A stretch of DNA of 61,544 nucleotides from Thermoleophilia bacterium (GTDB lineage: Bacteria; Actinomycetota; Thermoleophilia; BMS3ABIN01): NCBI GenBank assembly GCA_014874265.1, contig JACWAM010000069.1, positions 1 to 61,544 on the forward strand. The letters are read 5' to 3'. Shown here in pieces: positions 9,026 to 18,291 of this stretch. Position 1 is the first letter of the stretch; each line of letters opens with the position of its first letter. The notes beneath the pieces were generated by a model. The model saw nothing but the letters and a program-made list of their open reading frames with translations. It was not told the DNA's origin and made no database searches. The translations under genes were made by a program, and so were the position numbers.

Positions 9026-10497
9026 GCCTGAGCGAATACGAGCGCCGGCGCCGTTTCGCGTCGACGCCCGAGCCCCGGCCCAAAAAATATCCCCGGACGG
9101 CCGGACCGCGGCGATTCGTCATTCAGAAACACAATGCCACTCACATCCATTACGACCTGCGGCTGGAGATGGGTGGCGTGCTTAAGTCGTGGGCCTGTCC
9201 CAAGTGCGTCGCCACGCCGCATTATCGCAAGAAACTGGCCGTGCACGTGGAGGACCATCCACTGGAATATCTCGATTTCGAAGGGGAAATTCCCGAGGGA
9301 GAGTACGGTGCCGGCAAGATTGAGATTTGGGACCGGGGGACTTACGAGACTTTTACCGATCCTCTGGGGGCGCTGGACAAGGGAGCGCTGACGATCGTCC
9401 TCATGGGCGAGCGGCTCCGCGGCGAATTCAGTCTGATTCACATGAAAGGCAAGGGGAACAACTGGCTGATCATTCTCAACAAGATGGAGCTGCTTAACCC
9501 CGACCTGGCGGATGAAGGAAGGGCGGCGCCAATGCCGGCCCGGATCACGCCGATGCAATCTTTTCTGGCGGCAAAACCGTTCGATTCTCCCGAGTTCATC
9601 TTCGAAGTAAAGTTCGATGGCGTCCGTGCCGTGTCTTATCTGCGGGCGGACGGTTCGCTCGCCATCCGGTCCCGCAACGGCAAGGAGCAGGCGTTGCGTT
9701 ACCCGGAGCTGGCCAACTTCGGCAAGATGTTCCTGGCTCAGGAGATCGTCATCGACGGTGAGATCGTAGCGGTCGACGCGCGGGGAGTATCACGGTTTCA
9801 GCTGTTGCAGGGACGGATGAACCTCACGGATGAGCGAGAGATCAAGAGGGCCGCCAAAGAAACGCCGATTCTCTACTATGTGTTCGACCTGCTCTATTTA
9901 AACGGTCGCGACCTGACCGGGCTGCCGCTTCAGCGGCGGAAGGAAGTTCTGGAGCGAGTATTTATTCCTCACAAGTATTTGCGTCACACCGACTGGATCG
10001 ATTCCGGGGGCAAGAATTTTTTTAACGCCGCCCGTGAGCTGGGGCTCGAGGGAATCATCGCCAAGCGCAAGCAGAGCCCCTATCGGCAGAAACGCTCGCG
10101 CGACTGGCTCAAGCTAAAGGCGGTCCAGGAGCAGGAATTCGTCATCGCCGGGTTCACCGAGCCTCGGGGCGGCAGAGCCTGTTTCGGCGCCCTGCTGCTG
10201 GGACTCTACCAAGGGAAAGATCTCGTCTATGCCGGTCATGTCGGCACCGGATTCTCCGAGGAGTGGCTCCGGCGGCTTTTCGCGCTGATGTCGCCTCTGG
10301 AGGTGGCGGCGCCGGCTTTCCGGGACGCGCCGCGGCCGAACGAGCCGGCCCACTGGTTGAAGCCGGATCTGGTGGCGCAGGTGAAATTCGCCGAGTGGAC
10401 CCGCGAAGGCGTGCTGCGCCAGCCGGTTTTTCTGGGCTTAAGAAATGATGTGAGGCCTGAGGATTGTGTCCGGGAAGAGACACGGCTGGCAGGCTGA
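9022..10497 (+). CDS. ligD: LigD: 3'-phosphoesterase domain plus ATP-dependent ligase domain (no polymerase domain in this ORF)
   Basis: FVIQKHNATHIHYDLRLE and VHVEDHPLEY (PE); EVKFDGVRA (catalytic Lys), EGIIAKR, WLKLK, LRQPVFLGLR (ligase). Confidence 0.93.
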   Translation: MSLSEYERRRRFASTPEPRPKKYPRTAGPRRFVIQKHNATHIHYDLRLEMGGVLKSWACPKCVATPHYRKKLAVHVEDHPLEYLDFEGEIPEGEYGAGKIEIWDRGTYETFTDPLGALDKGALTIVLMGERLRGEFSLIHMKGKGNNWLIILNKMELLNPDLADEGRAAPMPARITPMQSFLAAKPFDSPEFIFEVKFDGVRAVSYLRADGSLAIRSRNGKEQALRYPELANFGKMFLAQEIVIDGEIVAVDARGVSRFQLLQGRMNLTDEREIKRAAKETPILYYVFDLLYLNGRDLTGLPLQRRKEVLERVFIPHKYLRHTDWIDSGGKNFFNAARELGLEGIIAKRKQSPYRQKRSRDWLKLKAVQEQEFVIAGFTEPRGGRACFGALLLGLYQGKDLVYAGHVGTGFSEEWLRRLFALMSPLEVAAPAFRDAPRPNEPAHWLKPDLVAQVKFAEWTREGVLRQPVFLGLRNDVRPEDCVREETRLAG

Positions 10498-11527
10498 GGA
10501 TCCGCGCCACCGCGGGGAAAAACCGCGGGCTGATGATCCGCGAGGAGCCGGTCCCGGCGGGCGTCCCCGCCGCGAGCCGGAGTTGTTGCCGCCGCTGCCT
10601 GTTCCCGGCCGCGGCACTCAATTAATCTCGCTGGACGGGAGGGTTCTTACCCTGACAAATCTTGATAAGCCAATATGGCCCCGGGATGGCTATACAAAGT
10701 TTGATCTGATCAACTATTACTTTCGCGTCTCCGGATTCATCCTGCCGCAGTTGATCGGCCGGCCGCTCAGCCTGAAACGCTATCCCAACGGCGCCGGCGC
10801 CCCCTTTTTCTTCCAGAAGCGGGCGGCTCCGGAGACCCCGGCCTGGATCAGGACCAGGAGAATAAAACACGAGGATACCGGCGAGAGCGTAGACTATATT
10901 ATCTGTGACGACGTATCAACCCTGCTTTACTTGGCCAACCTGGCCTGCATCTCGCAGAATCCCTGGCTGTCGGCGATGCCAGAGCTGGACCGGCCCGACA
11001 TCCTGGCGCTCGATCTGGATCCGTCCGACCCTGATGATTTTGAGGGATGCGTCCAGGTGGCGCTTCTGGTGAAGCGGCAACTGGACCGGTTTGGCATGAC
11101 CGGCTATCCGAAAACCTCGGGGGCTACCGGCCTGCATGTTTACGTACCCATCAGGCCGGCGTACACCTATAGCCAATGCCGCCAGTTTGCCAAGATTATT
11201 GCTCTCCTATGCCGCGAGGAGCGCCCCGACCTGATTACGCTGGAATCCTCGTTATCCAGGCGGGGCGGCAAGCTGTACCTTGATTACATGCAAAACGTAA
11301 AAGGGAAGACGCTGGCCTCGGTATACTCGGTCCGGGCCCGCGCGGGAGCGCCGGTATCGACGCCGCTAAAATGGGACGAGGTTCAACCGGGACTGAGGCC
11401 CACGGACTTCACGATGGAAAATACGCCTGCGCGGCTGGCGGCGACCGGCGACCTGTTTGCCGGCGTCGTGGCAGGGGGGCAGGACCTGATGCGCGCGGTC
11501 AAGAGGGCAGAGAGGATGCTGGGCTAA
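10466..11527 (+). CDS. LigD primase-polymerase domain protein (start uncertain; possibly a frameshifted continuation of ligD)
   Basis: LTNLDKPIWP, SLKRYPNG..FFQK, DLDP, KTSGATGLHVYVP, YLDYMQN...SVYSVRARAGAPVSTPL motifs; first ~50 aa are Pro/Arg-rich linker. Confidence 0.88.
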   Translation: MSGKRHGWQAEDPRHRGEKPRADDPRGAGPGGRPRREPELLPPLPVPGRGTQLISLDGRVLTLTNLDKPIWPRDGYTKFDLINYYFRVSGFILPQLIGRPLSLKRYPNGAGAPFFFQKRAAPETPAWIRTRRIKHEDTGESVDYIICDDVSTLLYLANLACISQNPWLSAMPELDRPDILALDLDPSDPDDFEGCVQVALLVKRQLDRFGMTGYPKTSGATGLHVYVPIRPAYTYSQCRQFAKIIALLCREERPDLITLESSLSRRGGKLYLDYMQNVKGKTLASVYSVRARAGAPVSTPLKWDEVQPGLRPTDFTMENTPARLAATGDLFAGVVAGGQDLMRAVKRAERMLG

Positions 11528-12276
11528 GGGGGGATCCTGCCGGCCTCCTTCTGCCGGAGCCAGTGGCTTTCGTTTAGCTCGCCTTTATCCGGCTGGCACG
11601 CCCACCAGGGGACGTAGCGCCAAGCTCCTTTAAGCTCGCGGTCCAGCCGCCGGAAATCAGGCTCGTGGCGGGCTACCAGCGTCCAGAACCGGGGGGAGTG
11701 ATTCAGCTCAATCGTATGGCAGAGCTCATGGATGAAAACATATTCCACCAGCAGCGCCGGCACGAACAGGAGCTTCTGGTTGACGCTGATAGTTTTTCTG
11801 GCGGAGCAACTGGCCCAGCGTGTGCGCTGGCTCCTGATCGCTATTCTGGTAAACGGCAATCCGCGCTCGGCGCTTACCTGGGTTAGCCAGGGGGAGAAGG
11901 TGGCGCGGGCCTTGCGCGCTGTCCAGCGCTGCAGAGCCGTGGCGGCTTCCTCCTGGGAAGGGCAGCCGCTTACCTTTACTCCGCCCGGCGTCTCGCGCGC
12001 CAGCGCCCGGCCGGCGCGGCCGTCTGCGTAAAGGACGCTGCGCTCTTCACCGATTGCCCGCAGGAGGATGGATCGCGGCAGGGCTGGCGGCTCGTTTTCA
12101 AGCTCCTGGCGGCGGGATTCCATCTCGGCCGCGGCTTTGCTTATCCAGGCATGTTCCCGGGTAATGATGGCGGGAATGCGGGCGGCGTCGTAACCGCGCG
12201 GAACAATCACGAGCAGGCCGTTATCGAGGGTATATTTGAGCCGGACGCGCTTGGCGCGTGCGCTTTCCCTGATCAA
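11524..12276 (-). CDS. M48/SprT-like metallopeptidase (YgjP/DUF45); start uncertain
   Basis: RESARAKRVRLK, QRTRWASCS, EYVFIHELCHTIELNHSPRFW (HExxH). TTG at 12276 is the first canonical in-frame start downstream of rpsT. Confidence 0.85.
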   Translation of the reverse strand: MIRESARAKRVRLKYTLDNGLLVIVPRGYDAARIPAIITREHAWISKAAAEMESRRQELENEPPALPRSILLRAIGEERSVLYADGRAGRALARETPGGVKVSGCPSQEEAATALQRWTARKARATFSPWLTQVSAERGLPFTRIAIRSQRTRWASCSARKTISVNQKLLFVPALLVEYVFIHELCHTIELNHSPRFWTLVARHEPDFRRLDRELKGAWRYVPWWACQPDKGELNESHWLRQKEAGRIPP

Positions 12277-12325
12277 ATATGGATGATTCTGGAGAAGCGG
12301 ATCGGGCCGGCCTCCAACGAGGTTA

Positions 12326-12964
12326 TTACTCGCCTTCGCCGTCTGCTTTCTCCGGCGTTTCCGCGGCAGTCCCTGCCGGCTCGCCGGCTTGCCCGGAAGT
12401 CTCACTGGGCGCCTCAGCCTCAGAAGACTCAGCCTCAACCTGACCCTGGGTCTCCGCCTCCGCCTCCGCCTGTTTAGCGGCGGCCCCGCCTCCGGCAGGC
12501 GGCGCCTCAGCGGCTGGGGTGCTATCGGAGGGCGCCTCGCTGGCTTTCTTGCCGGCTTTTGCCGCGGCTTCAGCGCGGACGGCCTGCTTCTTATTTGTTT
12601 CTTCCTTCTTCGAACGCTTGGCTGCCGTACGCTCAACCCGCGAATCGGCCTTGCTCTTGCCTGATTTAGGCTCGGTCGTTGCCGGCCCCGCAGGCTTTGA
12701 AACGCCTTCCGCCAGCTGGATGATCGCAGTTACACGTGACTTTTTCCGGGCGGCGTTATTGGCATGGAGCACGCCGCGGCCCGCGGCTCGGTCGATGAGC
12801 GCAATGAGCTCCAGCGCCAACTGCTGGGCTTTATCCTTGTCTTCCGCCGCCGCCAGTGACAGCGTCTTGAACATGGTCTTGATCCGGGATTTGTACTGGA
12901 GATTTTCCAGCCGCTCGCGGCTGGCGATCTTCACTCGTTTGCGTTGCTGTTTGATATTTGCCAA
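12326..12964 (-). CDS. rpsT: 30S ribosomal protein S20 with a long low-complexity C-terminal extension (212 aa)
   Basis: TTG start with GAGGT SD; ANIKQQRKRVKIASRERLEN...IDRAAGRGVLHANNAARKKSR is S20. Confidence 0.92.
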   Translation of the reverse strand: MANIKQQRKRVKIASRERLENLQYKSRIKTMFKTLSLAAAEDKDKAQQLALELIALIDRAAGRGVLHANNAARKKSRVTAIIQLAEGVSKPAGPATTEPKSGKSKADSRVERTAAKRSKKEETNKKQAVRAEAAAKAGKKASEAPSDSTPAAEAPPAGGGAAAKQAEAEAETQGQVEAESSEAEAPSETSGQAGEPAGTAAETPEKADGEGE

Positions 12965-13087
12965 TAAAGACCTCGGATGCTCGCTGCTCCGCTTCACGGT
13001 AAAAGCCGGCCCGGTTTGCCAGAGCATTAAATAATATGAAATAAATAAGCAGTGGCGAATAATATCACAAAATGAAAATGCTTGCAG

Positions 13088-15913
13088 ATGAACAGTAATC
13101 AGCCGGAATATGACTTTTCCAAATTCTGGGAGTATCTCTCCCGGCGCTTTCATCTGGGCTCTGAGCCGCCGCCGGGAAAAGTCCGCCCGATTCGGCCCGG
13201 GAACAGGAAACACCGCCGCTGGTGGCCCTGGGCGGCGATCGCGATCATCGTCTTTCTGCTGGTGGTCTTTCTCGGCCGCGGTGTCTATCTCTACACCGAA
13301 TGGCTGTGGTTTGGAGAAGTCGGCTACCAAGGGGTTTTCTGGAAAACCCTGCTGACCAAGGTTGGCCTTGGTCTGGGAGGCGGCGCCATCTTCTTTGCCA
13401 TCATCTACGGCAACGTCCTCCTGGCGCGAAAGATGTCTCCCCGGTTCAAGCTGGACCGCAAAACCGAGATCATCGAGCGGGTGCCGATCCCGGACCGGCT
13501 CCTGCGGGTGCTGATCCCGGTAGGGCTGCTGCTGCCGACTCTGATTGCGATTGCCGCCGCTGGCAGCGCCTGGCTCGACTTGCTGAAATTTCTCGACGGG
13601 GCGCCGTTTCATATCAAGGACCCCGTCTTTGGCCACGACGTCGGCTTTTATGTCTTTAAGCTGCCATTGCTTCGGGAGCTGCAGTCATTTGTCTGGTGGA
13701 CCCTGATCCTGGCCTTCCTGGCAACGGCGGCGATGCACTTTTTCGACTTCGCCATCAACTGGGAAAAGGACAGGCTCAACTTTGCTCCGCACGTCAAGGG
13801 ACATCTGTCGGTGCTGCTGGGCCTGATCATGTTTACGCTGGGCTTCGGCTACCTGCTTAAGGGCTATACGCTGATGTTCTCTTCCCGCGGCGTCGTCTTC
13901 GGCGCCAGCTACACGGATGTGCACGCTCAACTGCCGGTTTTCAAGTTTTTATTTGCGGTGGCAATTATATCGGGGATATTATTTCTGATCAACATCCATT
14001 TTCGCGGCTGGAAGCTCCCGATCGCCGCCATTTCCCTGATCATCGTCACGGCGATTTTCGCCGGCATTCTCTATCCTTTTATCGTCCAGCAGTACGAGGT
14101 GGCGCCGAACGAGCTGTCCAAGGAATCCCCGTATATCAAAGACAATATCGATTTTACGCGGCAAGCGTTCGGCTTAAACTCCATTCAGGACAAGCCGTTT
14201 GCCGCTGACAACACGCTGACGGCGGCCGATATCCAGGCAAATACCCCCACGATCAACAACATCCGGTTGTGGGAGCCGGACACCCTGGGGCAGACTTACA
14301 ACCAGATCCAGGCCATCCGCCTCTATTACAACTTCCCGGATGTGGACGTGGATCGCTATACGATAAACGGCAAGGAAACGCAGGTAATGCTGTCAGCCCG
14401 GGAACTGGACGTGAGCAGCCTTCCCGCGGAGGCAAAAACGTGGCAGAACCAGCACCTGGTGTATACCCACGGTTTCGGGCTGGCGATGAGCCAGGTGGCC
14501 CAGGTAACCGCGGAAGGGCTGCCGCAGCTGCTGATCAAAAACCTGCCGCCGGAGAGCTCCACCCCGGAGCTGAACGTGACTAACCCGGCGATTTACTACG
14601 GCGAGCAGGCCAACAATTATGTCATCGTCGACAGCAGCACCAAGGAGTTTGATTATCCCAAGGGTGAACAAAATGTCTACACAAGCTACAGCGGCAGCGG
14701 CGGCATCAACATAGACAGTCTCTGGCATCGCTTGGCTTTCAGCTGGCGGTTTGCCAGTTTGAAAATGCTGGTCACTGACACTGTCAATAGCCAGAGCCGC
14801 ATCATGATTCATCGTCAGATCGGCGACCGCATCCGCAATATCGCACCTTTCCTGACCTACGATCATGATCCATATCTGGTGCTGGTGGGCGGCCGGCTTT
14901 ACTGGATCCAGGACGCCTATACGACCAGCGACAGCTATCCATACTCGCAGCCGGCGCCCGGCGGATACAATTACATCCGCAACTCGGTAAAGGTGGTCGT
15001 TGATGCTTATAACGGCAGCGTCACGTTTTACGTCGTCGATAATTCAGATCCGGTAATCCGGACATACGAGAACATCTATCCGGGCCTGTTCACGCCGGGT
15101 GACAAGATGCCGGCCGAGTTGCGCGCCCATCTTCGTTATCCTGAGGATATCTTCAAAGCCCAGGCACAGATGTATGCCACTTATCATATGACTGATCCTA
15201 AAGTTTTTTACAACAAGGAAGACCAGTGGAGCATCCCTCAGCTAAACGGAAGCGACATGTCGCCTTATTATGCGATCATGAGTCTGCCGGGCGAGTCGCA
15301 GGAGCAGTTCATGCTGCTGCAGCCGTTCGTGCCCAACACCAAGGACAACATGATCTCGTGGATGGCGGCAAAGTCGGACCCGGGCGTTTACGGGCAGCGG
15401 CTCGTGTTTAACTTCCCGAAGGACAAGCTGGTGTACGGACCCCAGCAGATCATGGCCCGGTTTAACCAGGACCCGACGATCTCGCAGCAAGTGACTCTCT
15501 GGAACCAGAGCGGGAGCCAGGTAATTTACGGCAATCTGCTCGTGATCCCGATCAAGGAATCGATCATGTACGTGGAGCCGCTCTACCTGCGCGCTTCCAA
15601 CGGGCAGATACCGGAGCTGAAACGGGTGCTGGTGGCGTATGGAGACCAGGTTGTCATGGAAGATGATCTGGCAGCGGCGCTGGCGCGTATTTTCGGCCAG
15701 CCCGTCACGGGTGTGGCCGCGCGGCCTCCGGGAGCGGCCGCCCCGGCGGCGCCGGCGGCTTCACAGAGCCTAAAGGCACTGGCGAGCAGCGCGCTTGACG
15801 AGTACAACAAGGCGATTCAGGCCGAGCAGCAGGGTGACTGGGCCACTTATGGCAGCGAGCTGAAAGCGCTGCAAAACACCCTGAACCAGATGCAGTCGGC
15901 CGGTGGAGGGTAA
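13088..15913 (+). CDS. UPF0182 family membrane protein
   Basis: YTEWLWFGEVGY, DPVFGHDVGFYVF, NQHLVYTHGFG, YNYIRNSVK, YVEPLYL motifs. Confidence 0.95.
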   Translation: MNSNQPEYDFSKFWEYLSRRFHLGSEPPPGKVRPIRPGNRKHRRWWPWAAIAIIVFLLVVFLGRGVYLYTEWLWFGEVGYQGVFWKTLLTKVGLGLGGGAIFFAIIYGNVLLARKMSPRFKLDRKTEIIERVPIPDRLLRVLIPVGLLLPTLIAIAAAGSAWLDLLKFLDGAPFHIKDPVFGHDVGFYVFKLPLLRELQSFVWWTLILAFLATAAMHFFDFAINWEKDRLNFAPHVKGHLSVLLGLIMFTLGFGYLLKGYTLMFSSRGVVFGASYTDVHAQLPVFKFLFAVAIISGILFLINIHFRGWKLPIAAISLIIVTAIFAGILYPFIVQQYEVAPNELSKESPYIKDNIDFTRQAFGLNSIQDKPFAADNTLTAADIQANTPTINNIRLWEPDTLGQTYNQIQAIRLYYNFPDVDVDRYTINGKETQVMLSARELDVSSLPAEAKTWQNQHLVYTHGFGLAMSQVAQVTAEGLPQLLIKNLPPESSTPELNVTNPAIYYGEQANNYVIVDSSTKEFDYPKGEQNVYTSYSGSGGINIDSLWHRLAFSWRFASLKMLVTDTVNSQSRIMIHRQIGDRIRNIAPFLTYDHDPYLVLVGGRLYWIQDAYTTSDSYPYSQPAPGGYNYIRNSVKVVVDAYNGSVTFYVVDNSDPVIRTYENIYPGLFTPGDKMPAELRAHLRYPEDIFKAQAQMYATYHMTDPKVFYNKEDQWSIPQLNGSDMSPYYAIMSLPGESQEQFMLLQPFVPNTKDNMISWMAAKSDPGVYGQRLVFNFPKDKLVYGPQQIMARFNQDPTISQQVTLWNQSGSQVIYGNLLVIPIKESIMYVEPLYLRASNGQIPELKRVLVAYGDQVVMEDDLAAALARIFGQPVTGVAARPPGAAAPAAPAASQSLKALASSALDEYNKAIQAEQQGDWATYGSELKALQNTLNQMQSAGGG

Positions 15914-15953
15914 CGTTTTCCTCCAGGTATGAGATCTGATTGACTGCTTAAGG

Positions 15954-17084
15954 ATGGTCCCGGCGGGCCATGATTCACAATTTAGGCCGGCTGGGTTAAA
16001 CTTGAGGCGTAAATTTGTTTATGTTGTGACGGAAAGTCCCGTCATTCCCATCGTTGCCGACAAAGGTCCTGGTGCCGCCCATGGAAATTCCCCCTTCAAT
16101 CAAACGGTCATTGCCAGAAATCTTTTCGCGCTCAAGGCGGCGCGGGTGCTGATGAACCCCAGGGCCGACCAGAGATCGCTGGTCCTGGACATCCTCCGTA
16201 AGCCCTTTTACGGGGAGGACACGCGGCGCGAGCTGGAACTGGTCGATACCGTTTTCCGCTGCCGGCATCGACGCCACCGGCATCCCCACGACATGGCGCA
16301 TGACCTGGAGCTCGTCAAGTGCGTTTTAGACAGCCGTGACGGCGATGGTTCAAGCCTGCAGGAGATCGCCCGTGAGCGAGAGCTGATCCGGTTTGTGCTG
16401 GAGAATTTTGACAAGCAGCCGCTGCTTGCGGAGCTGGTTGAAAAACCATTTTACGAAGTTGATACCGCAACTGATTCATATCATCTCAATTTCACGCATT
16501 TTATTGAGGAAGTGGACGGGATGAAGTCTCCCAGCATCCTGGAGCTGGGAGGCAGAAAGGTTAACCAGAGGCATCGCTTTGCCGCTCCCGGAGATTATGT
16601 CGTTTTTGACATTTTGGCAGCAGATGATGTCGATGTCGTCGGAGATGTTCACCGGCTAGGCGATTATTTCGTGGCGGAACGCTTTGACGCCGTTTTTATG
16701 ATTTCCGTGCTCGAACATCTGGCGATTCCCTGGAAGGCGGTTCTGGAAATTAACAAAGTAATGAAGCCCGGCGGACTATTGTTTATCTCTACACACCCGA
16801 TCTGGCCGCCTCATGCGCTGCCCTGGGACTTCTGGCGATATTCCGAGGCCGCTTTCAAGGTGCTCCTGAACGAGCACACCGGATTTGAGTTGGTCAGGTG
16901 CAGTGAAGGGCTGCCGTGCATGGTGCTGCCCTTCGGCCACGAAATCGCTTTGATGAACATGCACCGAGAGCCGGCAAACCTGGGAGTCAGCCTGGTGGCC
17001 AGAAAGACCGGTGGATTTGACGAGGATCTGACCTGGGATATTGACCTGGAGCAGATAATTGACTCGACGTATCCCAAAAGCTGA
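15954..17084 (+). CDS. Class I SAM-dependent methyltransferase with an unknown N-terminal region (start uncertain)
   Basis: SILELGG motif I, FDAVFMISVLEHL, VMKPGGLLFIST, PWDFWRY; resembles glycan-associated Methyltransf_11 proteins. Confidence 0.8.
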   Translation: MVPAGHDSQFRPAGLNLRRKFVYVVTESPVIPIVADKGPGAAHGNSPFNQTVIARNLFALKAARVLMNPRADQRSLVLDILRKPFYGEDTRRELELVDTVFRCRHRRHRHPHDMAHDLELVKCVLDSRDGDGSSLQEIARERELIRFVLENFDKQPLLAELVEKPFYEVDTATDSYHLNFTHFIEEVDGMKSPSILELGGRKVNQRHRFAAPGDYVVFDILAADDVDVVGDVHRLGDYFVAERFDAVFMISVLEHLAIPWKAVLEINKVMKPGGLLFISTHPIWPPHALPWDFWRYSEAAFKVLLNEHTGFELVRCSEGLPCMVLPFGHEIALMNMHREPANLGVSLVARKTGGFDEDLTWDIDLEQIIDSTYPKS

Positions 17085-17158
17085 GCTTCCAGGTTACAAA
17101 AATACAGGATAAACTCTCAAAGCCGGCTGACGCGGCCGGGTGATTATGCAAATAGCAA

Positions 17159-17302
17159 GTAGCCCCGGGTGATCTTGGTCTTTTGGCCTGGGACCCACAC
17201 CACTCCTGATCAACTCGAATTATCCACTGACGGACTCCTGTGCCGTCTTTCCAGCCGGAGGAGCTTTCCCTTGGCCCGATTTGCGACCTCCCGGGGCTCT
17301 AC
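17159..17302 (-). ncRNA. Candidate structured RNA of unknown class (~144 nt) between convergent genes
   Basis: Six nested helices read by eye on the minus strand: AGCCCCGGG/CCCGGGGCU, GGUC/GAUC, GGCC/GGCC, GGGA/UCCC, GCUCCU/AGGAGU, GACGG/CCGUC. Confidence 0.45.
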
Positions 17303-17376
17303 CATAAATTATCGTCATATCCCGCGATGACATGATATGTGATGATGAACCAATACCTGCCGGGACGGGCTCGGGG

Positions 17377-18291
17377 CTATGCCAGGTTAAGGCATATGTC
17401 TGCCGCGGCCATCGCGATCATGGCGATCAGAACCAGGCGGCGGAAGCCGTTGTTGTCGAGCCGCGAAGCCAGCTGCCGGCCGATGAAGAATCCCGGCGCC
17501 ACTGCCGCGATCAGCAGCAGCGCCCGGACGGCCATCTCGCCGGTTATCATCCCTGCCACTAAAAAAGACGCCAGGGCAAACAGGTTGCCAATTGCGAAAA
17601 ACAAGGCCAGCGTTCCCCGAAGCGTGCCTTTGGCCAGGCGCCGCCCAGTAAGATAAAGCACCACTGGTGGCCCGCCCATGCTAGTTGATCCCATCAGCAG
17701 GCCGCTGGAGGCGCCGGCGACGTGTCTTAAGAGTCTATCCCGGTAGGTGATCCTGCTGTGGCCGGCGGCAAAACCCATGGGCTGCGTTCTTGGCGCAAAA
17801 AGTCCTCGACGTACCCCACTGGTGCGACTGTGGGAATTTTCCTCCTGCGTCCTTGCCCATGGGCTTTCACGGCCTTGCCCCGAATTGCCTGCCGGGATAG
17901 ATTCTGGCCCCGGCCAGGATCTGGTTTTCGTCCGGCGACGGGGGATCATCATTATGACTGACAGAAATAAGAATACGGCTGGCAGCGCGGTTTTAAATGT
18001 GGGGCCGTTCAGGTTTTTAAGCAGATACACGCCAGCGACGGCGCCAACGGCGGAGGCCGGGACGAGGGTTTTAATTTCCTGCCAGTCGATATGTCGCTGC
18101 TCATCCCGGATCATTAGCAGATTTAGCCAAAGGCCGAGAATCAGGCATGTAATCACGGCATCGGCTGCCGGCATCAGCGGGAGCAGCAGGGGGACGGCTA
18201 CGACGGCGAACCCAAAAGCGGCGGCCCCCTGCACTGCGGCCGCCAGCAAGATAATGGCAAAGCTAAGAATCAGGCTGAAAGGATCGGGCAT
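17377..18291 (-). CDS. TauE/SafE sulfite exporter family permease with a hydrophilic mid-protein insert
   Basis: AAVQGAAAFGFAVVAVPLL and GSTSMGGPPVVLYL motifs; about 8 TM segments. Confidence 0.88.
   Translation of the reverse strand: MPDPFSLILSFAIILLAAAVQGAAAFGFAVVAVPLLLPLMPAADAVITCLILGLWLNLLMIRDEQRHIDWQEIKTLVPASAVGAVAGVYLLKNLNGPTFKTALPAVFLFLSVIMMIPRRRTKTRSWPGPESIPAGNSGQGRESPWARTQEENSHSRTSGVRRGLFAPRTQPMGFAAGHSRITYRDRLLRHVAGASSGLLMGSTSMGGPPVVLYLTGRRLAKGTLRGTLALFFAIGNLFALASFLVAGMITGEMAVRALLLIAAVAPGFFIGRQLASRLDNNGFRRLVLIAMIAMAAADICLNLA

Noticed and set aside
10495-10533. SECIS-like hairpin (CCGCGG-GGAAAAA-CCGCGG) after the ligD UGA, and slippery G-GGA-AAA
   Set aside because: Readthrough adds only 12 residues before a double UGA and no conserved Cys is known there; a -1 slip leads to the wrong frame because POL is +1.
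12277-12636. Arg-rich N-terminal extension of the M48 peptidase ORF
   Set aside because: It is an alternative frame of the low-complexity S20 tail.
12965-13636. N-terminal half of the 436-aa ORF 12326-13636
   Set aside because: Antisense to UPF0182; the real rpsT starts at TTG 12964 with an SD.
17159-17302. Lysine or c-di-GMP-I riboswitch identity for this element
   Set aside because: Only short words match (GAGGUCGC, GCAAA, GAAA); core order is wrong and no gene lies downstream.
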